The notes under the pieces were generated by a model that had not been told where the DNA came from, ran no database searches, and saw nothing but the letters and a program-made list of their open reading frames with translations. A stretch of DNA of 64,000 bases, taken from positions 8,753 through 72,752 of the forward strand of contig CADBTQ010000012.1 of NCBI GenBank assembly GCA_902797685.1, in the 5' to 3' direction. How positions within the stretch are numbered: position 1 is the first letter of the stretch; the number at the start of each line of letters is the position of its first letter. Source of the DNA: an uncultured Eubacteriales bacterium. Its GTDB lineage: Bacteria > Bacillota > Clostridia > Christensenellales > CAG-1252. Both the position numbers and the translations under genes were made by a program. This document shows positions 19,933 through 29,703 of this stretch, piece by piece.

Positions 19933-20643
19933 ATGAAAGTCAGACGGATCGTATCGATTATACTCAATCTCGGCGTGGTGATCATGGTCGCTTTGTCGGT
20001 CGCCTTTATGATGACGGGCTACAAGTTTATGGGCGAGTCGAACTCGCTGACCGCCACCGATATCAACGCCTTTAAGTTTTTCACGGTGGACAGCAACGTG
20101 CTGATGGCGGTGGTCGCTTTGATCTATATCGCATTCGAGGCGCTGCTTCTTGGCGGCAAACTCCAAAAGATACCCACCTGGCTACATATCCTCAAATTGG
20201 TCGGCACGGCGGGCGTGACCCTGACCTTGATGACGGTGGTCTTGTTTTTGGCGCCGTTGGTGGCGGCGGGAGGTCATCCCTTGGGCTATTGGGCGCTCTT
20301 TTACAACAGCAATCTGTTTTTGCACTTGTTGGCACCCGTGTTCGCCATCGCGGCGTTTGTGTTTTGCGAGACGACCGACTCGATCGCTTGGCGTTACAGT
20401 TGGTTGGGGATCGTCCCCATGGGGCTCTATTCGATCTACTACGCCGCCAACGCCTTGTCCCACGCGGTGGACGGCAAAGTGTCGCCCGTGTACGACTGGT
20501 ACTACTTCGTGCAAGGGGGCGTGTGGCAGATGGCGATCGTGCTGCCGCTGATGTTGGGCATGACCTACCTGTTCAGTTGGCTGTTGTGGCTGGGCAACCG
20601 CGGTATGCACAAGGTCTATCTCCCAAAGGCGCCTACCGAATAG
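19933..20643 (+). CDS. Polytopic membrane protein (possibly Pr6Pr/FAR-17a-like family)
   Basis: Start trimmed to ATG 19933 after GGGAG. About six hydrophobic helices are visible, with an FFTVDSNVLM motif. Confidence 0.6.
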   Translation: MKVRRIVSIILNLGVVIMVALSVAFMMTGYKFMGESNSLTATDINAFKFFTVDSNVLMAVVALIYIAFEALLLGGKLQKIPTWLHILKLVGTAGVTLTLMTVVLFLAPLVAAGGHPLGYWALFYNSNLFLHLLAPVFAIAAFVFCETTDSIAWRYSWLGIVPMGLYSIYYAANALSHAVDGKVSPVYDWYYFVQGGVWQMAIVLPLMLGMTYLFSWLLWLGNRGMHKVYLPKAPTE

Positions 20644-20661
20644 CCGATTTTCCGAACAATC

Positions 20662-20697
20662 AAAAACCGTTCCCCTCTTTGGCGGGAACGGTTTTTT
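20662..20697. terminator. Bidirectional rho-independent terminator between convergent genes
   Basis: Stem AACCGTTCCC, 9-nt loop, stem GGGAACGGTT, flanked by an A-run and a T-run. Confidence 0.75.
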
Positions 20698-20731
20698 ACT
20701 TCGTATGGATCGTTTGTGTGGTGTCCTTTGG

Positions 20732-21448
20732 CTATACAGCGTCTCCGCCCATGGTGATCTCCTCTTTGAGGAGAGTGCCGTCCTCTCGGAGGGTCAGACG
20801 GTAGGCTTTGCCGCCCGTGGAGACCACCGCAACGGGTTTTTCGTCACGGTAGTGGATGGCGCAGTTGTCCTCCAACGCGATGGCGGGAGCGCCGTCTTGC
20901 AACACCACCTCGTCGAACTCGGGTCGGCGATTATAGTGCGGGGACATCATGCCGCGAAGTAGGTGCAACCCCTTGCGGACGTGGTACTCCCCCATCTCTC
21001 CGTCAAGCGCGGAGTCGGTGTACATCAGATCGAACCAACAGATCGCGCCCGCGGACAGTCCCGCCACGGGGATCCCTTGGTGGTAGGCTTGACGGATCAA
21101 TTTGTCCAATCCCGTGCGGCGCCACTCCTCGAGCATAAAGCAGGTGTCGCCCCCGCCGATGTAGATGAGGTCGCAGTTAAACAGCTTGTCTTTGAGCTTT
21201 TGCTCGTCCATTTCCCCGCCGCGCACGGTCAGCACCAAGTCCGCTTTGATATCGAAGAGGGTGGTGTACGTCTTGCGGAAGGTGTTGAAATAGGGCTTGC
21301 TGTCGTGAGAAGCGGTGGGCACGAATATCGCCACGGGGCGGTTGCCCTTGGCGTGGCGATAGGCTAACGTCGCGACGTAAGCGTCTATCCCCAAAGTCTC
21401 TTTTTGGCGGAGTTCTCCCCCGCCTATGGTGATCAAATGGCGTTCCAT
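20732..21448 (-). CDS. Peptidase S51 family protein (dipeptidase E-like)
   Basis: 238 aa. IYIGGGDTCFMLEEWRRTGL...IPVAGLSAGAICWF is the S51 nucleophile-Ser context. Confidence 0.75.
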   Translation of the reverse strand: MERHLITIGGGELRQKETLGIDAYVATLAYRHAKGNRPVAIFVPTASHDSKPYFNTFRKTYTTLFDIKADLVLTVRGGEMDEQKLKDKLFNCDLIYIGGGDTCFMLEEWRRTGLDKLIRQAYHQGIPVAGLSAGAICWFDLMYTDSALDGEMGEYHVRKGLHLLRGMMSPHYNRRPEFDEVVLQDGAPAIALEDNCAIHYRDEKPVAVVSTGGKAYRLTLREDGTLLKEEITMGGDAV

Positions 21449-21516
21449 GGCACTATCTTACCACGAATTTGAGAGTTGGTCAACATATCCGAAGCACCCC
21501 TCGCGTACCCTACTGT

Positions 21517-22725
21517 ATGAAACGACTATTGGTAACAACGTTGTTGATCGTATGCCTTGCACTGGTCGGTTGCGGCGGTAAGAACGAGCCCGAAACGATC
21601 TCCCGTCCTCGTGCGGTCGCCACGCTTGCGCTCGACGAGGGGACGATCGCTTGCCAAATGCAGTTGGAAGGACACTCGGACGGGACGGTGACCCTTGCTT
21701 TGCCTTCCGCGCCTTTTGCGATGGACGCGATCACCTGCTCCCCGCAAGTGGTGACTATGGACGAGCAAGACGGCGAATTGCGCCTTTTGTTGGAAGACAA
21801 AGGAGAGTATCGTCTCGACTTGAGTTTTACCCTATCCCTTCCCAAAGAGGGGGCGGCGTATTACGCCAAACACCTCTACTACGTGCCCGACTATCTGCCC
21901 TGTTTGGTCGCCACGCCCACCGACTACACGGTCACGGTGACCTTGCCGAGCGAGTACGTCTTGGTACACGCGGGAGACTTGACCTATCGCCACTATGCGG
22001 ACGGAGTGCAAACCCGCACCTATGCGATAGAGCGCGCAAGCAGTCTGTTGTTGGTGGCGGGGACGGCGCTCGTCAAAGCCCCGATAGAGGGCGTCGCCTA
22101 TTACTCGACGGGAGACCCCTTAGCCGAATTGAGCGCACGCCAAATCGAGCAAGCGGCGGACTTGTTTGGGACGACTTGGGGACAGAGGCGATTGGACGCG
22201 GTCGTCGCGCTGAGTGCCCCCACCGCCTACGAGGGGATCGCCGTGGTGCCGCCAAGAGAGTCCGCCACGAGTTCGGCGGGTGTGTACTCCGCCGCCTCTT
22301 TGTACTGGAAGACCCTGCCCATTGACGACGACGCGCACCCATGGGTGGCGAGGTCGTTGACCGAGTACGCGGTGTGGTATTACTACCGCTCTACGGACGA
22401 GCGCGCGGCGTACAATCTATACCTTAGCGCTTATCGCGGCGCCACCGCTTACGACTATTTGTCGGGGAACAAACCGCGTTTGGATCTCCCCCTTGCCGCC
22501 TACGACGAAGAAGCACGCAGCGCGATTTTGGAATGCAAAGGGTTTTTGATGTGGTATTCCCTCTATCAAGTGGCGGGAGAACGGCTCAATTTGGCGCTCA
22601 AAGCGTTACCTTTGGGCAAGACGATGGACGACAAGGCGTTCGTCCAAGCGTTGATCGAACGGCTGGGTCCGGAATACGCCACCTTTTTTGAAGCGTGGCT
22701 GGGGGGCGCGGTGATGCTACTATAA
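21517..22725 (+). CDS. Lipoprotein of unknown function
   Basis: Start trimmed to ATG 21517, giving MKRLLVTTLLIVCLALVGCGG (lipobox). I see no intact HExxH motif. Confidence 0.65.
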   Translation: MKRLLVTTLLIVCLALVGCGGKNEPETISRPRAVATLALDEGTIACQMQLEGHSDGTVTLALPSAPFAMDAITCSPQVVTMDEQDGELRLLLEDKGEYRLDLSFTLSLPKEGAAYYAKHLYYVPDYLPCLVATPTDYTVTVTLPSEYVLVHAGDLTYRHYADGVQTRTYAIERASSLLLVAGTALVKAPIEGVAYYSTGDPLAELSARQIEQAADLFGTTWGQRRLDAVVALSAPTAYEGIAVVPPRESATSSAGVYSAASLYWKTLPIDDDAHPWVARSLTEYAVWYYYRSTDERAAYNLYLSAYRGATAYDYLSGNKPRLDLPLAAYDEEARSAILECKGFLMWYSLYQVAGERLNLALKALPLGKTMDDKAFVQALIERLGPEYATFFEAWLGGAVMLL

Positions 22726-22730
22726 AATAC

Positions 22731-22759
22731 TTGTCAAAAGAATGTTTTTGGGATATACT
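22731..22759 (+). promoter_or_regulatory. Candidate promoter of ssrA
   Basis: TTGTCA (22731-22736), a 17-nt spacer, then TATACT (22754-22759), 15 nt upstream of the mature tmRNA 5' end. Confidence 0.5.
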
Positions 22760-22773
22760 ATATGGGTAAACGT

Positions 22774-23121
22774 GGGAGTGTTCCGGCATTCGACACGGTA
22801 AGAGATGGCAAAGTAAGCATGCCGAAGGCTCGTCTTCGTACCAACGAGAACTTTTTAAAAGAATCGACAACAATCGTTCTTTCGCGTTTGCTGCTTAATG
22901 CAAACTGTCGCGCCATTGAGCCAACTGTGATGGTTGCGGCATCAACAAGGTGTTGGGAACCGAGTTGCATCCCGCCGCGTGGTGCAAAACGGAATGAAGC
23001 GGCTTGGGCAAAGTAGCCTGTCTATGGGCGACGTAGCCGACACCAAAACACACGACTAAGCATGTAGAAAGCGATGTGGTCTCTATCGCGGACAAGGGTT
23101 CAACCCCCTTCACTTCCACCA
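22774..23121 (+). ncRNA. ssrA: tmRNA (SsrA), 348 nt
   Basis: The 5' GGGAGTGTTCCGGCATTCGACACGG resembles the Bacillus GGGGACGTTACGGATTCGACAGGG. The acceptor stem GGGAGTG/CACTTCC has a G3-U pair, followed by the T-arm AAGGG-TTCAACC-CCCTT, discriminator A and CCA. The tag ORF ends GAC AAC AAT CGT TCT TTC GCG TTT GCT GCT TAA (22866-22898), i.e. ...DNNRSFAFAA*. Confidence 0.9.
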
Positions 23122-23125
23122 AAAA

Positions 23126-23149
23126 AGCGAGCATTGGGCTCGCTTTTTT
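23126..23149 (+). terminator. ssrA terminator; core of a longer inverted repeat (23110-23160)
   Basis: Stem AGCGAGC, loop attgg, stem GCTCGCT, followed by TTTTTT. Confidence 0.8.
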
Positions 23150-23234
23150 GGTGGAAGTGAAGGTCTGTCGGTCGCACCTTCTTGTCGCACTGGGTGCCAA
23201 CAAGCTGGACCCCTCTCTTCGCTCGTGTTATGAC

Positions 23235-23293
23235 CAACCCCCTTCTATTTTGATATCGAGCGTTGGGCTCGTTTTTTTGCAAAGTGAAAGTTA
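23235..23293 (+). repeat. Degenerate direct repeat of the tmRNA 3' end plus terminator
   Basis: caaccccctt...cgagcgttgggctcgttttttt...aagtgaaagtt parallels 23101-23165 caaccccctt...gcgagcattgggctcgctttttt...aagtgaaggtc. Confidence 0.6.
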
Positions 23294-23333
23294 GTGAGTT
23301 AACAAATGACCCGATCAAGTAAAGTCCGTGCGT

Positions 23334-23360
23334 AAAAAACGTCCGCCGAACGGCGGGCGG
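23334..23360 (-). terminator. Rho-independent terminator of the DUF218 gene
   Basis: The minus strand reads CCGCC gttc GGCGG acg TTTTTT. Confidence 0.55.
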
Positions 23361-23370
23361 AGTAGGGAGA

Positions 23371-24198
23371 TCAAAAGGCTAAGTTTCCCTGCAAGGCGGT
23401 AAAGACGGTGCAGACGGTCTCCCACAAGACGTTTTCGAGATAAAGGGCGGGAGAGGACGGCGCAGGCAGGGGTCGGATTTGGGTGTAGCCCTGTTTCTTG
23501 GCGATCTTGCTCGCTCTGAACAGGTGATAGTCGTTGGTGATCACCCCAAGGGGGGATGTTTTGTCCACGAGTTGCGCAGTGTAAACGAAGTTTTCCACCG
23601 TCGTCTTGGCTTGCGGCTCGACGATGAGTTTGTCCGAAGCGCCCTCGAAACCGTGAGAAGCGAGATAGCGTTGCATATACGCCGCCTCGGTTTTGAAGGG
23701 ATCGTCGCTGTTGCCTCCCGTCAACACAAAGACTGCGTCGGGGTGATCGGCGTGATACGCTGCCGCCCTATCCAAGCGCAAAACGAGGTCCTTGGGCAAC
23801 TCTTCCCCGTCCACGGCAAGACCCAACACGCATACGGTATCGACCGAACTGTCGCGACGCATAGCGCCCGTGACGACGATAGTGACGCCCAAAGCGACAA
23901 CGAAAGCGCAAACGAGTACGATCACTACGCGCAACGCAAAACCCGCGACTTTTGCCGCCTTGTTGCGCCACGAAAAGAGGTGAAAGCGAAGATCGAACGC
24001 GGGGAGCGAAAGGAAAGCGATCACCCCCGCTTCCGCCAATAACCGGGTCACGGCGCTCAGTTTTTTGGCGCTTTCCGCCGTGCAAAGTCGGTAGATCATC
24101 ACCCCCAAACAGTACGCAAAGAGGGCGCAGCAAACGGCGAGCAACAGGTATGCCACGATCTTTTGCGCTCTACCTACGGGCTGTTTGGTTCTTTCCAT
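23371..24198 (-). CDS. YdcF/SanA-like (DUF218) membrane-anchored protein
   Basis: 275 aa with N-terminal TM helices. The C-terminal domain reads VFVLTGGNS...TTVENFVYT...VITNDYHLFRA, characteristic of DUF218. Confidence 0.7.
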   Translation of the reverse strand: MERTKQPVGRAQKIVAYLLLAVCCALFAYCLGVMIYRLCTAESAKKLSAVTRLLAEAGVIAFLSLPAFDLRFHLFSWRNKAAKVAGFALRVVIVLVCAFVVALGVTIVVTGAMRRDSSVDTVCVLGLAVDGEELPKDLVLRLDRAAAYHADHPDAVFVLTGGNSDDPFKTEAAYMQRYLASHGFEGASDKLIVEPQAKTTVENFVYTAQLVDKTSPLGVITNDYHLFRASKIAKKQGYTQIRPLPAPSSPALYLENVLWETVCTVFTALQGNLAF

Positions 24199-24207
24199 AC
24201 TCCTCTC

Positions 24208-27200
24208 CTATTCGATCGACTGCCCGCCGTCGTCCACCGTCCCCTCGAGGGCGTCCGTCTCCTGCGATACGGGCGCGACGAAATCGTCGGGATCGTCTTG
24301 GATGGGGGGCGCCGACTCCTCCAACATCTGCTCCGCCTCTTCGGTGACCTTGTCGGACGGGATCTCTTGCTCCTCTTGAGGGGCGTCTTCCACGTCCGCT
24401 TGCAGCTCTTCACTGACGTCTTTCTCGGGCCGCTTACTCGTGCGACGAGGCTTAGCCTCGCGGTTACGCAAAGCGATCGGCGTGACGACGAGTAGCAGTA
24501 GAGCAAGACCCAAAGCAATACACGATACGATGCACAAATGCAACAGCAGCACGGCAAGGGCAAACAACACAGACAAAATCGTCCATACGACCAAAAGCCC
24601 TTTGCCTTTTTTGTCGTTGAGGGCGCAGATCACCAACGCCAAGATGGTCGCGACCGAGGGCAAGATCGCCAGCCAACCCAAGCAATCGTCCTCCCAAAAG
24701 GCGTGAATGAACACCTTTTGGGGCGTTACGAACGCGAATTGGGACAACCTGTCCGTGGTGACGACGACCATACCGTCTTGGAGGACGTAATCCACGAAGG
24801 AAACGTCCTCGGAAGAATGGATATGCAACAAACGGAACGACTTACCTTTGATCGAGGCGGGAAGGGGCAAGCGGATGGTGATAACGGAATCGGGTTGCAC
24901 CTCGTTGCCGTCCGCGTCCAACAGGCTTACCGAATAAACGTACGCAAACTCCTCTCCTTCCGCCAAATGCTCCTTGAAGGGGGCGAACTCGGACGAGTAT
25001 TTGACGTCCTCTTGGACTGCGGCTTGCAGTTTGTACTCGCTTTCGGGATCGAGCCCGCGCACTTCGACGCCCACGCCCGAAGCCTTTAACACGGGACGAA
25101 CGACCAACACCTGCGTTTCCTCGACGGTAACGACGAAATTGTCGAACGCAAACGGTTCGTCGGTATAGATATAGTAGTCGTATCGACCCGCCGTTTCGTT
25201 GTCCACCCCGCCCAAATCGACTAAGACGGCGGCAAGGATCCGATCTTTGATCGCCTTGGCGGTAGACTCCGCAAACCCGTCCAGACCCAACACGTCGGGG
25301 CGCACTACGGGCAAGGGATCGCCCGCGTCGATAGAGAGAGAGTCGCTCACGGTCACGGTAAGGGGGCGCTTGGCGATCGTCACCTCAAATTGCCCCAAGC
25401 TGTCCGCATGGCTTTGCGCTTGGGCGCGGTAATACACGGTGTACGTCCCCGCATCGACAAAGGCGGGTAGGTCGCCGTATTCCCCGCCTTGGACAAGAGA
25501 ATAGCCAAACGTCACCTCTTTGCCGCCCGCGGCGACCGCTTGGGCGCTCAACTCGGGCACTTGGGGCAGATCGTTGTACACAAGGCTTTGCTCTTGGCTC
25601 ACCGAAACCTCGCTAAGGGCGGCGGGAGAGATCACCACCGCAAAACTGCCTTCGGTATCCAAGTGATTGGGGGCGGTAGCGCGGTAGTACACGGTATACG
25701 TCCCCGCTTCCACAAAGGCAGGTAGATCGCCGTACTCCTCGTCTATACGAGTTTTGTACCCAAAGGTCACCTTTTGACCGCCTATAGCGGTGGCGGCGGT
25801 CACAACCTGCGGGGTCTTGGCGCTACCGTCGAAGGTAAGCGAGCCCACCTGCAAAACGCTCACCTCGCTAAGGGCGGCGGGCAAGACTAGGTAAGCGCCG
25901 ACCGTCCCCTCGAAGGTCACGTCGTAATTGTCGTTGAGACTAACCCCCGTCACGTCGTACGATCCCACCGCGCTGTCGCTCGTGACGGCGGCAGAGAGTT
26001 GGTACACCTCGAAATCGTCGCTGACGATAGCGCCCGAGGTAACGGTGGCGGACAAAACGGCGGGAGAAGAGCCGTAAACCGAACTGACCTTATCCACCGT
26101 AACGACGATGGATTTGGGTAGTACGGTCAATTTGCCGCTCGTAACGGTCAATTCGTAGTTGGGGGCGACCAATCCTTGGGGGGTGATGACGTATTGTCCC
26201 ACGTCGTCGAATTGGCGGTAGGTATAGCCGTACTCTACGCCGTCGCCAAACACGCTTTCGTCCTCGCCCTCCACGAAGCCTTCGCAAAGAAGTCCGCCCG
26301 AAGCGGGCAAATCGCCATAGGCGATGGTATGATCGCGAGCGGTGACGGAGAGGGGCGCTTTGGCTACCGTTACGGCAAGTACGTCCTCCCCGTTTAGCTC
26401 AAAGCGATCGGCGATCCCCGCCGCCGAGCAGTCAAACAGGTATTCCCCCGCGTCCTTCATCACCTCAAACGATTGAGGCAGGAGCGCAAAGTCGAAAACC
26501 TCGTCCCGCCAAACGTATTGGGCGGAAACCTCTTGCAAACGATCGCAGCCGTTGTAGACGAAACGATCGACGACGACAAGATCGGACACGCCGACAAGGC
26601 GGCGCAACACGTTGAAAGCAAACTCCCCTTGGGCTATCGCAAAGTCGTACACCTTTTCGCAATCGTTGTACGCCGAGGGGTCTACGTCCCTCTCGCCGAA
26701 GCGCACGGTGACGGGGTACGCCCCGGGCAGAGCGCCCGCGGTGTAATCGGTTTGTAAGGATAAGAGATGGGATTTTGCCCACTCTTCCCACGCCGACCTA
26801 TCCTCGTCGCCGAGCCAACCCGTGATCGTGCAATCCAAAGAGGGCTGCTCGTCGAGATAGCGAATATCCGCGGGCACGACGGGGGTGACGATCAGTTGCA
26901 ATTTGGCGATAGATACGGCAAGAGTATCGACAGACAACTCAAAACACGCCTCGTCTTGCGCGTTCAAAACGAAGCGAACGTCGTATTCGCCCGGCAGGAC
27001 GAAAGAGGCTTGTTCGCCGTCTTGGGTCACCGACGATACCGCCACTTGATGGGCTTGACCGTCAAACTCAAAATAGGCGTCGATCAAGGCGGTTTGATCC
27101 TGTCCGTTGTAGACGAAGCGACCCGATTGGGTAAGAGCGTCGATCGGTCTTTTGGCGACGGTCACTTCAAACGAGCCTTTGCTATCGAGGTGATTGGGCG

Positions 27201-29640
27201 CGGTCGCCACGTAATACACGGTATAAGTACCGGGCGTGCTAAACGAGGGCAACGCCCCGTATACGCCGTCTAAGTCGCTCGAATAGGCAAAAGTCACGGT
27301 TTGACCGCCCAAAGAGGTGGCGGTCGCTTTGACCGAGGGGGTCAGCAAAGCACCGGTATAAGTCAGCGCCCCCTCTTGTGCGACCTCTACGTCACCGAGA
27401 GTCGCGGGGGCGATCGAGGCGGTCAAGACCCACCCCTCGTCGTCCACGCCCGCGTAATTGGGGTCGGTGGATACGACGCGGTAGCGGATGGTATAGTCGT
27501 TAGCCCCCATGGCTTGGGGCAATTCGTTAGTCCACTCTCCGCCGTCAAGGCTGTATTCCACCTCGCCGCGAAGGGCTTGCCCCGCACTTAGCAGCGTCAA
27601 AAGCTCCCCGTCGTAGACCAAGCCCTCTACCGCTTTGGGCGCGGATACGAGTACGCACGCCGCTTGGCGGATGGTATACGAGTGGGTGACGATCGAGGGC
27701 AACGCGTAATCGGTTTCGCCAAAAGCAAAGGCGACTGCGGCGGTATAATCTCCGGCGTTACGGAAAGAGACCGCTTCGCCGCCTTGACTGTAAGCGACGG
27801 TCAAAACGACGGACTCGCCCGCTACGTCAAGATAGGTCGCCGTGACCGCCTGTTCGGTCGCGTTATAAACGTAATCGTCCTCCGCCCAAACGATGGCGAT
27901 CACCTTGGGAGATACGGTGACGACAAAGCGCCAATCCTCCTCGCTACGATCCAAATGGTTGGCGTCCCCCACCACGCGATAGCGAACGGTATAGTCGCCC
28001 GCATGGGTAGCGGCGGGCAGATCGTCCGTCCAATCTCCCCCATCCAAACGATATTGATAATTGCCACCCGACGCGCTGCCCGCGACGCAAAGCGTTTGGA
28101 GCGTGCCGTCGAAGATCAACCCCGCCGCGCCTTGGGGGTGGGCGGTCAACGTGGGCGAGGCTTTGGCGATATTGACCGCCGCGTGCCAGTCCTCGTCGAT
28201 CGCGTCATTGTAGTTGTCGTCCCCTTGGATGCGGTAATACACCGTATAATCCCCCGCGTCGCACGCCGAGGGCAAAGCGGTAGACCACTCTACCCCGTCC
28301 AAACTATACGCCAACGCCCCCGCCGACACGGTACCCGCGTTAAGCAGCGTTTGTCCCTCTCCGTTGTAGACCAAATCGGTCTTGGCGGTGGGCGCCGCGA
28401 TCAGTATGGGGTCCGCTTTGGCGATCGTGACGGATACGCTATCCGATGGATTGACGGCAAACAGCGTTTTGTAATTGACGTATTCCACGGGGTCTTCCTC
28501 GTCGGGGACGGCAAGCGCAAAACGGTATGTCCCCGCGCCGATCATCTCGGCAAAGCCCACAGGAGTCAGGGTCATATCGAAGTCAAACGACTTGGTTTCG
28601 CCCGAATCCGAATATTCGGTCAAATAGTGCGCGGTGACGTCTAAGAGATGATCGGCGCCGTCGTAGACGAATCCGCCCGAGACCGTCAATTCGTCGGAAA
28701 GTATCTGTTTGGGATGGACGATCAAATCGTATTCCCCCTCCGCTCGGACGGGATTGGGATCGTAAACTCCCAAAAACTCTTTGTATCCCGCGGGGTACAC
28801 TTCCTCGTCCAAGTAGGATTGACCGCTGACCAACACCTCGAAGACGCCGGGGTACGAGCCCAAACGATAGTTGGTGTCCACCACGGCGACGTACTCCCTG
28901 ACGAAATCTTCCCACCTCTCTCCATCTTGTTCGGTAAGCCAACCCGAGAGGGTGTATTCGATCGTGGGTTTGTCGTCCAAAAAGCAAATGGGAGTGGGAA
29001 CGGATGGCGTAACGACCAACTGTACTCCGTTGATCGATAGGGACACGAAAGGATATTCCAAAGCAAAATTATCTTGGTCGGCGGGGGTTAGTTCCACCGT
29101 CAACACGTATTGACCGATCTCTTGGACCACCTCGGTTTCCTCGCCGGCGGCATCCAAGACGGAAAGTACGTTGATCGGGTGCGTCTCTCCCCCAAAGACA
29201 AACGAGGGCTTAACCGCCTGCCGCTGATCCTGCCCGTCGTAGGTCAGAGCGATGCTGTCGGGATAGACGTACGCTTTGGCGATGGAGACGGAAAGGACGT
29301 TGACGTCCCCTTCCCCGTCTTGATCGTCGATCCACTTGTAAGACACTTGGTACTCGCCCGCGTCAGTCCCTTGGGGGATCTCTTCCGACCAAGACACGCC
29401 GTCCAAACTATACACGAACTTGCCGTCCTCGATCACGCCCGCGTTGATCAACGCTTGCTTTTCACCCGTATAGATCAAGCCGCTTTTGGCGGTGGGGGCG
29501 GCGGTAAGGGTGGGCGCCAATAAGAGCGGGTCCTCCCAAGCCAGGGCGACTTGGGTACAAAAACCCGTCGTCAAGGCGAGTAATATCAGCAAGCCGACCC
29601 ATAATGCCGGCAACAATTTTGGAGTGCATTTCCTGACCAT
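24208..29640 (-). CDS. Giant (1810 aa) cell-surface protein with MBG/Ig-like repeats, an N-terminal signal peptide, a C-terminal triple-TM anchor and an acidic tail
   Basis: The signal peptide is LLPALWVGLLILLALTTGFCTQVALA. A module L(I/V)Y(T/N/D)G..Q.L...G....YSLDG..W...P...DAGDYTVYYR..GD.NY recurs many times. MBG-like segments read TARDHTIAYGD...VGQYVITPQG.LVAPNYELTVTSGKLTVLP. No LPXTG motif is present. Confidence 0.9.
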   Translation of the reverse strand: MVRKCTPKLLPALWVGLLILLALTTGFCTQVALAWEDPLLLAPTLTAAPTAKSGLIYTGEKQALINAGVIEDGKFVYSLDGVSWSEEIPQGTDAGEYQVSYKWIDDQDGEGDVNVLSVSIAKAYVYPDSIALTYDGQDQRQAVKPSFVFGGETHPINVLSVLDAAGEETEVVQEIGQYVLTVELTPADQDNFALEYPFVSLSINGVQLVVTPSVPTPICFLDDKPTIEYTLSGWLTEQDGERWEDFVREYVAVVDTNYRLGSYPGVFEVLVSGQSYLDEEVYPAGYKEFLGVYDPNPVRAEGEYDLIVHPKQILSDELTVSGGFVYDGADHLLDVTAHYLTEYSDSGETKSFDFDMTLTPVGFAEMIGAGTYRFALAVPDEEDPVEYVNYKTLFAVNPSDSVSVTIAKADPILIAAPTAKTDLVYNGEGQTLLNAGTVSAGALAYSLDGVEWSTALPSACDAGDYTVYYRIQGDDNYNDAIDEDWHAAVNIAKASPTLTAHPQGAAGLIFDGTLQTLCVAGSASGGNYQYRLDGGDWTDDLPAATHAGDYTVRYRVVGDANHLDRSEEDWRFVVTVSPKVIAIVWAEDDYVYNATEQAVTATYLDVAGESVVLTVAYSQGGEAVSFRNAGDYTAAVAFAFGETDYALPSIVTHSYTIRQAACVLVSAPKAVEGLVYDGELLTLLSAGQALRGEVEYSLDGGEWTNELPQAMGANDYTIRYRVVSTDPNYAGVDDEGWVLTASIAPATLGDVEVAQEGALTYTGALLTPSVKATATSLGGQTVTFAYSSDLDGVYGALPSFSTPGTYTVYYVATAPNHLDSKGSFEVTVAKRPIDALTQSGRFVYNGQDQTALIDAYFEFDGQAHQVAVSSVTQDGEQASFVLPGEYDVRFVLNAQDEACFELSVDTLAVSIAKLQLIVTPVVPADIRYLDEQPSLDCTITGWLGDEDRSAWEEWAKSHLLSLQTDYTAGALPGAYPVTVRFGERDVDPSAYNDCEKVYDFAIAQGEFAFNVLRRLVGVSDLVVVDRFVYNGCDRLQEVSAQYVWRDEVFDFALLPQSFEVMKDAGEYLFDCSAAGIADRFELNGEDVLAVTVAKAPLSVTARDHTIAYGDLPASGGLLCEGFVEGEDESVFGDGVEYGYTYRQFDDVGQYVITPQGLVAPNYELTVTSGKLTVLPKSIVVTVDKVSSVYGSSPAVLSATVTSGAIVSDDFEVYQLSAAVTSDSAVGSYDVTGVSLNDNYDVTFEGTVGAYLVLPAALSEVSVLQVGSLTFDGSAKTPQVVTAATAIGGQKVTFGYKTRIDEEYGDLPAFVEAGTYTVYYRATAPNHLDTEGSFAVVISPAALSEVSVSQEQSLVYNDLPQVPELSAQAVAAGGKEVTFGYSLVQGGEYGDLPAFVDAGTYTVYYRAQAQSHADSLGQFEVTIAKRPLTVTVSDSLSIDAGDPLPVVRPDVLGLDGFAESTAKAIKDRILAAVLVDLGGVDNETAGRYDYYIYTDEPFAFDNFVVTVEETQVLVVRPVLKASGVGVEVRGLDPESEYKLQAAVQEDVKYSSEFAPFKEHLAEGEEFAYVYSVSLLDADGNEVQPDSVITIRLPLPASIKGKSFRLLHIHSSEDVSFVDYVLQDGMVVVTTDRLSQFAFVTPQKVFIHAFWEDDCLGWLAILPSVATILALVICALNDKKGKGLLVVWTILSVLFALAVLLLHLCIVSCIALGLALLLLVVTPIALRNREAKPRRTSKRPEKDVSEELQADVEDAPQEEQEIPSDKVTEEAEQMLEESAPPIQDDPDDFVAPVSQETDALEGTVDDGGQSIE

Positions 29641-29703
29641 ATCTTCCTCCGTTTGTACAAACAGCTGTCACGTCACTAAGTCAATAACAAGAAAAGTAAG
29701 TGC

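Noticed and set aside
22762-23318. Small ORFs (70-102 aa, both strands) across 22.76-23.32 kb
   Set aside because: The region is occupied by the tmRNA and its terminator and repeats. The ORFs lack RBSs and have implausible composition.
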